The notes under the pieces are model-generated. The model searched no databases. It saw nothing but the letters and a program-made list of their open reading frames with translations, and had not been told where the DNA came from. Positions 52,416 through 64,000 of a stretch of DNA of 64,000 nucleotides are shown here, one piece after another. Positions within the stretch are counted from its first letter, which is position 1. Every line of letters begins with the position of its first letter. This stretch comes from Lytechinus pictus (Eukaryota): NCBI RefSeq assembly GCF_037042905.1, contig NC_087252.1, forward strand, positions 14,696,001 through 14,760,000. The letters are read 5' to 3'. A program made the translations under genes and the position numbers.

Positions 52416-54269
52416 ATACGGTGCGCTATGACGACTGCGCGGTATACAAATGACCGTTTTTGAACAGGTTTTTGGGGGTGTTGTGTCAAGTAAAATCGGC
52501 TCTAATATGAAAACGGGCAAAAACGGGCAGCTAAATTTGGTATCGACTGAAAGCTTAGACATCGGGAAAAATGATGCTTATAGAATTTAGACGGAAATCC
52601 ACGGAAATCTAAACTTTTTTAATGTAAATGCAAAAAACATGGATTTTCAGCCTATTTCGAGGAATAATCATCCTATAAACCTCCTGAAAGATGTCTATCA
52701 TCTACTTTGAACACTTTCATACGAAAAAGGAATATATCTGGATTATGTGGGAGCCATTCCAGATTCCTACATGAAAAACCTCCTGTGAAATGACCTGTTT
52801 TTCAACTAGGTAGTCATCCACGCGACATTTCGCATGTCACATTTGTCACATGTCACATTTTACGATTTGAGGTAGGAAATTAACAACCTTTATGCAAATT
52901 TCTGAATGAAATATTTTGCTGAAATATTCTTCAAAGTATTGTCTTTCAGCTGGGCATGACAAAAAATAAAAATCTGAAATTGCCCAAAATGACTTTTGGC
53001 GCACTTTTGTTTCGCCCCGGCCCACTGTGCGGCGGCCGTACGGAGTCGAAAACAGCCGTTTTAACATTGTTTTTTGTGCCAGCTACTTAAAGGTGGCTTG
53101 AATTTCATAAAATTTCATAAAACGACTGTTTTCGACTCGCCTTATATACGGCCGCCTTAGATCAAATGTGACCGAGGTATTAGCGATTATTTTAGAGCTG
53201 GTTTTCTGCAATAATTAGCATTTTTTATGATCAATCGTACCATAAGGCTCACTATCAAGTGCAAAACCTTTATGTGGCCGGCCTTGTCGTGGTCTACATT
53301 CCTTTGCTCTTTCAAAAAATCTTTTCATACATACGTTCATACGTTTATACATTGAATATGCGGGCAGTGCAATTACATTTCTAGATGAGATAAGGTTAGG
53401 AAAGTATCCGAGGGCTTTAAAAATGGTTTAAATATTCATTTGTTTGAAAAATGAAAAAAAAAATTATCGGTTTAGCAGTCTATATTGTCTGGTTAATAGG
53501 CCATTTGAGACTAAACAGTTTGACATGGACTAATATTTGACAATCCTATACGGCCGCCGCCGTGCGGTGAGTAAAAATAGCCGTTTCATATAATTTTATT
53601 TAAATTACCAATAATGTAGCTGATACAAAAAGTGTTTAAACGGCTGTTTTCGACTTGCCGTTCGGCGACCGTAGGGTAAATGTGACTGAGCCTTTAGTGA
53701 TATCAAAAGCATGCTTGAATCATCCCTTACATCATATTTGAATATTAGTCTTACAAAATACAAAAGAAACAAGTTATGAAGGAAAGTGATAATTATCGCA
53801 ATTATTATTTCGTAATTGATTACCATAAATACAAATACACTGTACCCTTGTCATGTTGTAGGATACAAATGCGCTCTTGAAAAAATAATTACATCAAAAT
53901 TGAACTTAAGAACTCTTTTACTTGCTTGATTTTGAAAGAAATTTTCTAAAATATTTCAAAAAATAAGATCACGGAAAGAACTGTTGAGAATTATTTTTAT
54001 TTTCTTCGAATTATAAAATAGAGACCCTGCATATTCAGGCTACGTATACTTATTGCTAAATAATTGTTATATTATACTTGTAATATTCTTTATTTTTTAC
54101 TCACTATTATACAACTTTCGAAAAAGGGCGCGCCCAATTTGACCTCGCTTTCCTGCTCAACGAAAATTACGATGCTAAGCCAGCTAGACATCGTGATTTC
54201 CCTTCTGAAAAAGTTAAGCAGAACCACGTTTACGATCGAAATTTTGAAACGACGTTTGAAAATCCTCCC

Positions 54270-54432
54270 AATGTGTGTCAGACGTGTATCAATCAGATAT
54301 GATTATTTACGTCCGGGACCGACCTTTAACGTCACCATTCGAAAGACGTGACCAGGGCTTGAACCTCGAACCTCTGCATCAGTTTGTAATTTCCCCACAG
54401 CTTGGATTACAGGCGCACGCCACGACGCCCAA
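54270..54432 (-). mobile_element. Chimeric SINE-like fragment: 7SL-like head, tRNA B-box-like part, Deu-like core
   Basis: Minus strand GGGCGTCGTGGCGTGCGCCTGTAATCCAAGCT ... GGTTCGAGGTTCAAGCCC ... GTCTTTCGAATGGTGACGTTAAAGGTCGGTCCC. The 3' boundary is uncertain. Confidence 0.65.
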
Positions 54433-56905
54433 TTGTGGGCAATGTTTATATGCAACCTGTACTAGTTAATATTTTTATGTCAAAATGATTTTAACATTTA
54501 TGTAATCGATATTTGCTTTTACAAATTTTGCTTAAATAACTAAAATAATTTGAATTATTTTAATAAAATTTAAATAGAATATTAATCCAAAATTGATTTG
54601 ACTTACCAATATATCCCGTTTACCATAACAATGTACTGTAGTTCCAGAAGCTTGCTATTTAATTGCAGCTTATTTTATAATCAATTATAATCAATCTATG
54701 AAATAAAATCCAACCACAGACTGGAAGAATTATGAAGAACGGGAGGGGTGGGGCTCTAGGGAGGATGGATGCCCTTCTTAAGCGAGATAGATACTGGTCA
54801 CGTGATTTTGTTCTCGTTCATGAACAATTATGAACGCACTCTTACACGGTGGATCCCCTTTTGCTTACATTGCTTATTCATTTTGTGTATGATCACTAAT
54901 CGTGCTACAGGGCACTTGAAACGATTTTTTTTCTAGAGGTGCTGATGCAAATTTGAAAAAAATACGTAATTTATTGGTTACATCGTTCAATTTGTCCAAA
55001 TCCATGACATCTATCAGCATTCCAGGGGGTGCTGCCACCCCCAGCACACTGGCTAGCTGCTCAGGGCCATGTGGTTATAGAAAAATATTGAACCCACTAC
55101 AAATTTCCCACTCGTTCATGCCGAGCGTTGAATGTAGAAAACAACACTACAATGTTCGGCGAAACCAGAGGAAAAAACTTAATTTTATGTAATGGAATAT
55201 TTTATCACCTGACTTCACAATTGAACATGGCAGAACTTGAACACTTATAAATATGCTGATTTTTTTTGGTGGGGTTCACTAACTTTTAGCACCACTGTAA
55301 GCCCCATTAGCAAAGCCCTATGTTGCCGACCCAAGGTCTTCTCTTTTTTTCAATCTTATCCCAATTTATACACCTCATTAAAGGGATACTCCAGGCTGAT
55401 GATATTTATATGTAAATGAATAGAGTAAAATTCACATAGCAAAATGCTGAAAATTTCACCAGAATCGGACGACCAATAACAAAGTTATTGAATTTTAAAG
55501 TTTAGCAATATTTTGTGAAAATAGTTATATATGCACGTCGTCATGAATATTCATTAGGTGGATTAATGATGTCGCATCCCCATTTTCCATTTTATTATGT
55601 TATTGCATGAAACTATGATTTTTTCATTTTTTCATAAATGTGTAAATGATGTGCCGCCATTGTGATAAAATAAGTTGCAGCAATAAATTACTAATGCACT
55701 GAATCAGTTGTCAATTGTTTTATGTCTTGGTAGATTTTTTTTAGTGAAAATAATTTCATATTTTAAAATACAAAAAAACAAGTGAGGATGTGACATCATC
55801 ATCCCATATAATGAATATTTATGAAGACATGCCTCGAACTGTTTCACCGTCATAATGAAAATGTTTAAAATTCGTTATTTGTTATATCCGTTTTTGATCA
55901 AATTTTCAGCATTTTGCTCTGTGAATTTTACTTTATTTATTGTGATATAAATATCTCCAACCTGGAGTATCTCTTTAACATATGTATTGAAGTTATGAGT
56001 AGTGCGATGATATTTCTATTTAACAAGATAAGAAACACCAACAATAAAGAAGGAACCGGGGGCTTTAAAAATGGGAAAAGGGATTAATTTTCCTCTATAT
56101 TTCAATAAATTCATTTAAATGAAAGAAAAGAAATATGATAAAAGTTATCAATTTTACGGTCTATTCTGCGGTAAACAGAAAAGTTGACATGGGCTGGCAT
56201 TTGACAATTTTACTTTCAAGATTAAATGCTTGCACAAATCAAAATGGAACTTCAAATATTAGTGAAAAATTAGCTTTTTATGCTTCTATATGGTGAATGG
56301 AATCTACATCTTGGTCGAAATTTTCGTCAGAGTATTTTACTTTTTCTCGCCAGATATTTTCAACGTCATTGATTTAGAGTTTGGTGTCATGGATGGTCAT
56401 TATAGAAAATGATCATCTTATTTTTTTTTTTCATTTTTACACTTCTTAAAATGGTTTCTTAAATAGAATGCATCGTTGAATCATTTCAAGAAAAAATATT
56501 TACTTATTATTCAAGCTGATACACGTTTGCACTATTTGCATGAAACCATTCGCTGAACCTTCAGAAACATTTTTTTTTTTTGGAGGGGGGTTTAATAAGA
56601 GACTATCTAGACGAGTTATTCAGACTATTTATATATATTTAAGCGTTGTGTCCTATAGTGGAATAGTCTTCGGACTTTGACAAAGAAGGACATGGGTTCG
56701 AATTCCAGCCATGGTGTAATTTCCTACAGCAAGAAATTGATCCATAATGTGTTGCACTCAACCCAGGTGAGGTAAATGGTTACTATTACTAAGATTGTTA
56801 TTATTATTATTATTATTTTTGTTATTGTTGTTGATATTATCAATATTATTATTATTATCATTATTGTTGTTGTTATTATCAATATTATTATTATTATCAT
56901 TATTA

Positions 56906-56939
<34 letters not shown>

Positions 56940-59348
56940 CATTATTTTTGTTATTGTTGTTGTTGTTATTACTATTATTGTTCTTTTTGTTGTTATTATC
57001 AATATCATTATTCTAACTTTTCTTAACAAATGTCATCATTGAAAATCGCAGATTAGAATTTTCAAGCCTTATCATGATTTCTATATATTTCCTTGTTTAT
57101 TCATCTTTTCATTCATTGTTTATCTACATTTATACTCACAATTGAGCAGCGTTTTTTTTTATTACAAATACATTTGTAAAAAAATAGTAATACATTAATA
57201 ACTTTTGCCTGAAAACCACAACATGACAAGATGGACATGAAATCCTCTAGTTTATGTAAAACCATTATGCTTATCATAGTGAAATAACTGAGCACAACTT
57301 GTACTGTTTTGACAAAGACCTGTATCTGTATATTAATTTCTAACAGGTGTTTTGTTACTATTTTTAATGTACTATCCATTCTCATGATAAGCACAGAGAT
57401 TCAATTGTTTATCTCTAGGACTTCTTGTATTATTGTAAGCAAATTGATATCATATTTCTTTTATCCCCTTCACCAATGATGAAAATAAATAAATAAACAT
57501 CTATTATTATGCTTGCCCTATCTGAAATATGGAATAATAAAGTAAAACAAACCGCTTCCAATAAACATGATAAATTCTGGTTCCAACTGGTCTGAAGGGA
57601 ATTCCCCGTAAAGATGTTGCTCTTTGATGGGAAGTACAGGATATCACATTTTCAGCCAATCACAGCCAATCATGTAACAACTCACTGTACACACCCATGC
57701 AGAGCTGGAGCGGAGCTGGAGTTTGCGGTGCGAATTGCAGTGCTGCATACCTTTTATCATTCTAACGTGGGCTTTCTATCGAGTGATCGTATATATGCAC
57801 CCAACTGAAGATTCAATGGTTACTTTACTCTATCATCACATTGGTCATGATACAGAAATATATATGGTTTTCTTATCGATGGATATCGATGAATTTGATG
57901 GATAGCTTCTTACAATCATCTTCAGAGGACTACTGTGGGAAAAGGTTTATTTTCCCGTTTTACAAACTGAACGAAATTAAGCATTTCTAATTTGTTATGA
58001 AATCGAGTTTCGGTTGATTGTTACGCTTTCTGCGATTGGATCCAGAAAGGGATTTTCACGAGGAAGCTTTAGATTTCAGATTTTGTAGCAAATTGCTATG
58101 CATTTGCAAAGAACAACTAGTCCTTGAATTGCAAATTTCAAACTGTGTGTTGTTTGATCGAGGATGCTGCTACGTATACATGTCGGGTATTGGATTATAA
58201 GGACTGATTTAAATACTTAATCTTTGTGACGAACAGATGTAGTGAAATTATTTCTCACTCATATTTGTGATTTACGGATTGGGAATTATTTTATTCGATG
58301 TCACTTTGAAACCTGCGTTTAGTTTGTCTGTTTTGAATTTAAAGATATATGTTTATACATTCTTGGTTGCGTTTGATCCATCATGAACAAAGGTGGATGG
58401 AATGTTGGTACATCTGTACATGATGTATTAAAGATCAACTCAGTTTTCAACATGTGAGTAGAAACTGCTTGTGTATATTTTTTGTTAAAAAATAAAGTAT
58501 ACAACATAGAATAATGGTAGAATGTCATATAATTATGTTTATGTATACGTGTCCTGTTATGTATGCACAGTAATTCACGTGTTGTATTTTGTTTTATTAT
58601 GAACGAACGTGTTTTTTATATAAATAATTTGGATTTCTTTCATCCCCCGTAGCTGTTCCTTGTATGTAAATTATGCTTGGTAGATAGTATACTTCGATAT
58701 AACTGTAATGTATATCACTAGTTATCTAGTTATTATTTTTTTAACTGTTTGTTATTTAGCATTTTAATGATTGCACTTGTAGAAGTATACGCCTGGCCAT
58801 CAGCCATAGATCATATGTAGATATATAATATGAAAACTGTAATTATAACATCATCATGAGAAGGACCTATAATAATAATTATCTCAAAAAGCTATGTTCT
58901 CTTTATGATCTTGTTCGTATCCCCTTAAGTTGCTAAAGAAACTTGAGAAACTCGATACTGTACAAACCTATTGGAAGTTTTAATGTATCATACTTATTAA
59001 TGTATTTTGATTGGTAGAGAATTTAATAAACTGGATAACTTCATTTTTTGCCAACATTTCTTTACCATCCCCTCTTTCGGTCTCATACCCCACTCCTTCC
59101 TGATTCATGCCCACCAATACAAGTCAAGACTCTTGGCAATTACCTTCGATAAGAAGGTATTTATTGTAAAATTCCAAAATTTTAATCTCGGGTTAACCCC
59201 CAAATCACACAATAATGTTGATGCGATGGGACAGGTTCGATTCCTGTGAGATTCCGATCATATCAATATTGATCACGAAGAATCTTCATTGGTGTCCATT
59301 CATAATCATTATTGTGTTGAATATAGTCATTATATACAATCATTCTAA

Positions 59349-61262
59349 TACCTTGGTCACATTTGCTCTACGGCGGCCGTACGGTGGCCGTAGATACCTG
59401 AATTCGAGAGATTTCTGCGGCGGCCGCAGAAAATCTGCGGTGGCCGCAGGGTCGACGTACGGCGGATTCCTACCTTTTACAGGCCGTAGGTGTGGCCGTA
59501 GAATTTTAATTCGGAGTTATAACATTTTTTCTTTTCTACGCTCGCCGTAGAAATTAGACTAGCCGTAGGCATGGCGTAGAACGGTCTACGGCGGCCGTAC
59601 GTCGAGCGTACGGTGGCCGTGCGGCTGCCCTCGTGTTTTTCTTCCCTCCTTTCCCCTTCTCCTTTTGTGTTATCTGCTCGGGAGCCACCAGGCGCGTATT
59701 TATAATTTTGCACCTCGGGGGCCCGACCTATAATTTTGGCCCGTATGCATGTGTACTTTTCAGAAAAAAAAATGGCGACCCCTCCTCGTCAGGCAAACAG
59801 GTGCCTTAAATGCATGTTGAATTATCATAATCACATGAAAAAGGGCAACTGCAGACCACTTTTTAATGATGACTTGATAAAAAGTAATTTCTATCCATGA
59901 ATATGATGTGATACCACTTTTTTTTAAAGAACAAATGTGACCAGGAAGCACAGACATAGCCCTTTTACCAGCGGCTAACTTGGGTCAAATTATTATTATT
60001 ATCATTATTATCAGTATTATCATGGGGAGTTAAATGCTGATTTTTGTTGTTTCCTAGGGTGTAGTTCTTACTTAAGACTAACGCGTTTATTAACATCTTA
60101 ACTTTATTCATACAAACAAGTTAACATGGTTAAGGGAGATTTATTTCATAAGTCCAAAAAAATAATGCGAACGCGATTTTTGATAGCTTGTGTATAGACC
60201 TGGAAATAGAATATTCTGATAAGTTTTGTAAGCATGAGCAGGATGGGCATCTCTCTATCTGTCAGGGCGAGCTGAAAATTGTCTATATTCCAAAATGACC
60301 CGAAGTTTGGAAATTCTAAGCATTATTGGTAATCATGAACAGGATGGGCACTTAAAAATTATTCGATCCGAGCGCGAAGCGCGAGCTGAACCTTTTTTAT
60401 ATTCCGTTCCAAAACTAGACATTCTACACAATTTAGGTAATCATTAGGTAATCATTAACAGGATGTCCATCTAATTAATCATTCGATGAGAGTGCGAAGC
60501 GCGAATCACCCCAAAGGTCGATTTGCCCCCCCCCCCTTCCTAGGTCGAACATTACTGATCGTATAATATTCAGATCAGTGTCAAACATTAATTTGGCGAC
60601 CCCCCCCCCTTCCTAGGTCGAACATCAATTTGCCCCCCCCCCCCACTTTTATAACTCCCCCTTTCCCCTTTTCTCTTCTCTCCTTTTCTCTTCTTCTTGT
60701 TTCCTTCTCTCTTTCTTTTCTCCCTTTTCTCTTTCTCTTCTTTCCCCCTTCTTTTTTACCTTCCTTTTCTTTCCCTTTCTTTCCTCCCTCGTTTCGGTGC
60801 CCCCTTTTCGCCTACCCGGGGGCCCGGGCCCTGAACCCCCCCCTCCCTCCCACCCAGAATACGCGCATGGGCATGGTGCGACACTTTGAAAACTTTCTGA
60901 AATGAAATGTCTAATGTAAAATATCATGATGAGTGTGACAAGCAATTCATGGTATACTCACTGTATAGTCCCCCTGCGGCCGCCGTGAGGGCGCCTTGCG
61001 GCCACCTCACGTCTTCCGTAGTATTTGTCAAAAACCTACGGCCAGCGCAGGGTCGCCCTAGGGCGACCGTACGTCATGATTTCAAGGACATACGTCAGTC
61101 GCAGATTTTTTCTCCATAAATTAAAAAATACGCCGTGCGGCGACCGTAACATATGTGACCGCTAGAGTAAGTGGCCGTGGAAATTCTGAGGCGACCGTAG
61201 AATTGCTACTCGCCGTAGAAATTTTAAAATCTACGGCGGCCGTAGCAAATGTGACCAAGGTA
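59349..61262. mobile_element. 1.9-kb PIF/Harbinger-like non-autonomous element, unit C specific
   Basis: TACCTTGGTCACATTTGCT...AGCAAATGTGACCAAGGTA, the same TIR family as 6929-7105. Flanks are TAA/TGA. About 15 bp of host sequence present in A and B is missing at the site. Confidence 0.88.
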
Positions 61263-61949
61263 TGAGTGTCCCTATATTATCACTGATCTTTTCACAATGA
61301 TATTTGTGTAATATTTGACCGTAGAAGTATAGGTAACTACAGGGTTTCATTTCTTATTCAGAAACCTAACTAATATTATGTAAATGAAATTCCATTTTAG
61401 ATGCAATAATAGAGGACGGCATGACTTGGCATTAAAAATTATCATTGATGTTTTCAGATTTTTGACTTGGTAAGAAATTGAGGAAGATACCTAATTTGCT
61501 ATTATAATGACGTATGTGTAATTATATTTTTGAAATTATCCTTGGGGAAACTGGGCTCAAACTTCAATTCTAGATCCAAAACAATCTTGATTCCTCATAC
61601 ATTTTAAGAAAATATTTTTTATAAAACTTCTACATTTTAGCGAGTCAGTTATTATTAAGATACTAAGCTTTTCCTAATTTTCTTTACATAATTTTATTTT
61701 TATTTCATTTTTCACACGATATAACCCTCAGATTTCTTACTGTCCTTTCTGTAGCTCTCACATGACACTCCTGATTCCGAGTTTCAGATCTTACCCTTTC
61801 ACTTCCCCCTCCCCCATTCTCACCGTCTCTCTCTCTCTCTCTCTCCCCCTCTCCCTCCCCTCCCTGTCACCTTCTCTTATCCCTCTCCGAGTCTAACGGC
61901 TAAACCGATAGTTTCATCTACATTTTTATATTCTATCTTGTAATATTAC

Positions 61950-62036
61950 CTGATTTGTATTACTTTATATTACTTTGTATTATGTTTTTTTAATGGAAAT
62001 GAAATAAAAGAATTGAATTGAATTGAATTGAATTGA
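61950..62036 (+). mobile_element. Very short LINE 3' end with (GAATT)n tail
   Basis: AATAAA followed by GAATT repeats, with ATTAC duplicated. Empty site TAATATTACATTG at ~21911. Confidence 0.75.
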
Positions 62037-63361
62037 ATTACATTGTATGAGATTTGTTTGTATTAAAATTTATATTACTTTGATTTTAGTTTTGTAACTA
62101 AGATGTCAATTATATGAGCTCATAAAACTTTTTAATACAAGTACATGGGTACACGTGTGTCGCTTAAAGGCATGTAGGAAACTATAACAAATTTGTCAAT
62201 TCGCAAATACCGCCTGCAGAAATAAAGGAAACTATAAGATGGAATGAAGAAGAGAAAGGAGAGAAAAAAGGAAATAAAAAGCACGAGAAAAGTGTGAGAG
62301 GAAGGGAGAGAGAGGGAGAAAATACAGTTTTATTATTTTGCCATTTCCTGTCGCTTTCTTTCTATAACAAATAGTTGCTAGATTATTACAATTTCAGAAG
62401 AAGGAGGAAGAGGAGGGAAAAAGACGAAGAAGAAGAAGCTGAAGAAGAAAAGGAAGGAGAAGGAAAAGGAAGACTAGAAGAGGAAGACGAAGTAAACCGT
62501 CATGAATATCATTTCACTACCACCGTCATTATCACAAATTTTATCACCATCATCATTATTGATGTCATCATCATCATTATCTTTATTGTCATCATCAGTG
62601 TTATAATCATCATCATCTTTATTGTCATCAGTGTCATCCCCAACATCATTTTCATCACAACCATTCTTATCTCCGTTAATCTTAATGATCTACATTTTCA
62701 TCTCAATCATCTTTAGCATCATCATTGTAATCATCGTAGTCATCATCATCGTCATCACCACGCTCATCATCGTCATCATCACCATCATCATCGTCATCAC
62801 CACCCTTAACACCACCATCATTATCATCATCTAATAACTATTATCATCACCACCATCATCGTCATCATCACCATCATCATCGTCATCACCACCCTTATCA
62901 CCACCATCATTATCATCATCTTAACTATTATTATCATCACTATCATCTTAAAAATCATCATAATCATCACCATCACCACCCTCATCATCATCGTCATCAC
63001 CACCCTCATCATCATCATCATCACTTTCATCATCATCATTAATGTTGTGGAGCGTTGTGGCCCAGTGGATTAGTCTTCTGACTTCTGAAACAGAGGGTCG
63101 TGGGTTCAAATCCCAGCCATGGCGTAATTTCCTTCGGCAAGAAACTCATCCACATTATGCTGCACTCAACCCTGTTGAGGTGAATGGGTACCCAGTAGTA
63201 AGAAATGTCTTGAATGCTTGAGCGCCTTGGCAGCTCAGCTAAAGCCGGGGTAGAACAGTTTTCGAAACTGAAGTGGCTACCCTGGGTAAATATACCTATA
63301 TTATTATCATTATCACCATCATCACCATCATCACCATCATCACCATCATCACCATCATCAC

Positions 63362-63430
<69 letters not shown>

Positions 63431-64000
63431 CACCATCACCATCATCACCATCATCACCATCATCACCATGATGATCATCATCATCACCATCATCACCATC
63501 ATCATCATCATCGATCACCATCGTTATCATCACCACCACCATCATCATCTTCATCATCATCATCACCATCATCACCATCATCATCATCATCATCGATCAC
63601 CATCGTTATCATCACCACAACCATCATCATCATCATCACTTTCATCATCGCCGTCATCATTATCTTATTTCTGGTTGCCAACCACGATTAAGCTCGACTA
63701 CCAATATTTGATATCCAAACATAACCCAATACAAACGACAGCTGTCAGGGCATTTAGCATAATAATTTAGTAAAGCATTGTTTTATAATTTCACATGCAA
63801 TACACAAGAGGAGTGAATATATAATCATTTTGTATTTATTGATCACTAGAGATTATTTTATTGCTTTGATTATGTAAGTCATTGTTATACAGTTATCAGT
63901 CGTGACAACAAATCATGACAATGAAAATCAGTATTGGGATAATTACCATACACAAGATTAAACCTAAATCGATTTAATTTCATTTCACATCGATTCCATT

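Larger units (their letters stand above)
50344..53029. mobile_element. Transib-like non-autonomous transposon (outer copy, ~1.24 kb net)
   Basis: CACAGTG termini and 5-bp GC-rich TSD CGGCG. Bipartite TIR CACAGTGGGCC-N14-GTGCGCCAAAA. Empty site at ~6956 and ~33633. Confidence 0.9.
45798..64000. repeat. Tandem segmental duplication unit C (partial, runs off the window)
   Basis: Collinear with unit A up to ~23600. Its gene copy would lie beyond 64000. Confidence 0.95.

Noticed and set aside
54399..54430. Human Alu contamination or a true 7SL gene
   Set aside because: Similarity stops after ~35 nt, with no Alu body, poly-A or SRP S-domain. It is embedded in host-type sequence.
2958..64000. Array as an assembly artefact (uncollapsed haplotypes)
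   Set aside because: Three distinct versions with many private insertions cannot come from two haplotypes alone. Partial artefact still needs long reads to exclude.

Overview
AT-rich, repeat-dense eukaryotic DNA. The repeat families and intron style suggest an invertebrate deuterostome, probably a sea urchin; this is inference. Most of the window is a head-to-tail segmental array of three diverged units: A ~2958-29637, B ~29638-45797 and C ~45798 to beyond the window end. Units A and B each carry an apparently intact minus-strand gene (4 coding exons) for an unrecognised acidic ~114-aa protein that the ORF track misses. Empty versus filled sites between units define many insertions exactly: Tc1/mariner-, PIF/Harbinger-, hAT-, Kolobok- and CACTA-like MITEs, a self-nested Transib-like element with RSS-like ends, a non-autonomous LTR element with non-canonical termini, tRNA-SINEs and a 5'-truncated LINE. 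The most unusual observations are a SINE-like fragment with a 7SL/Alu-type head joined to a Deu-like core (~54270-54432), the RSS-like Transib ends, the orphan gene array and a variant hammerhead motif (590-628). All comparisons were made by eye; no database searches were run.
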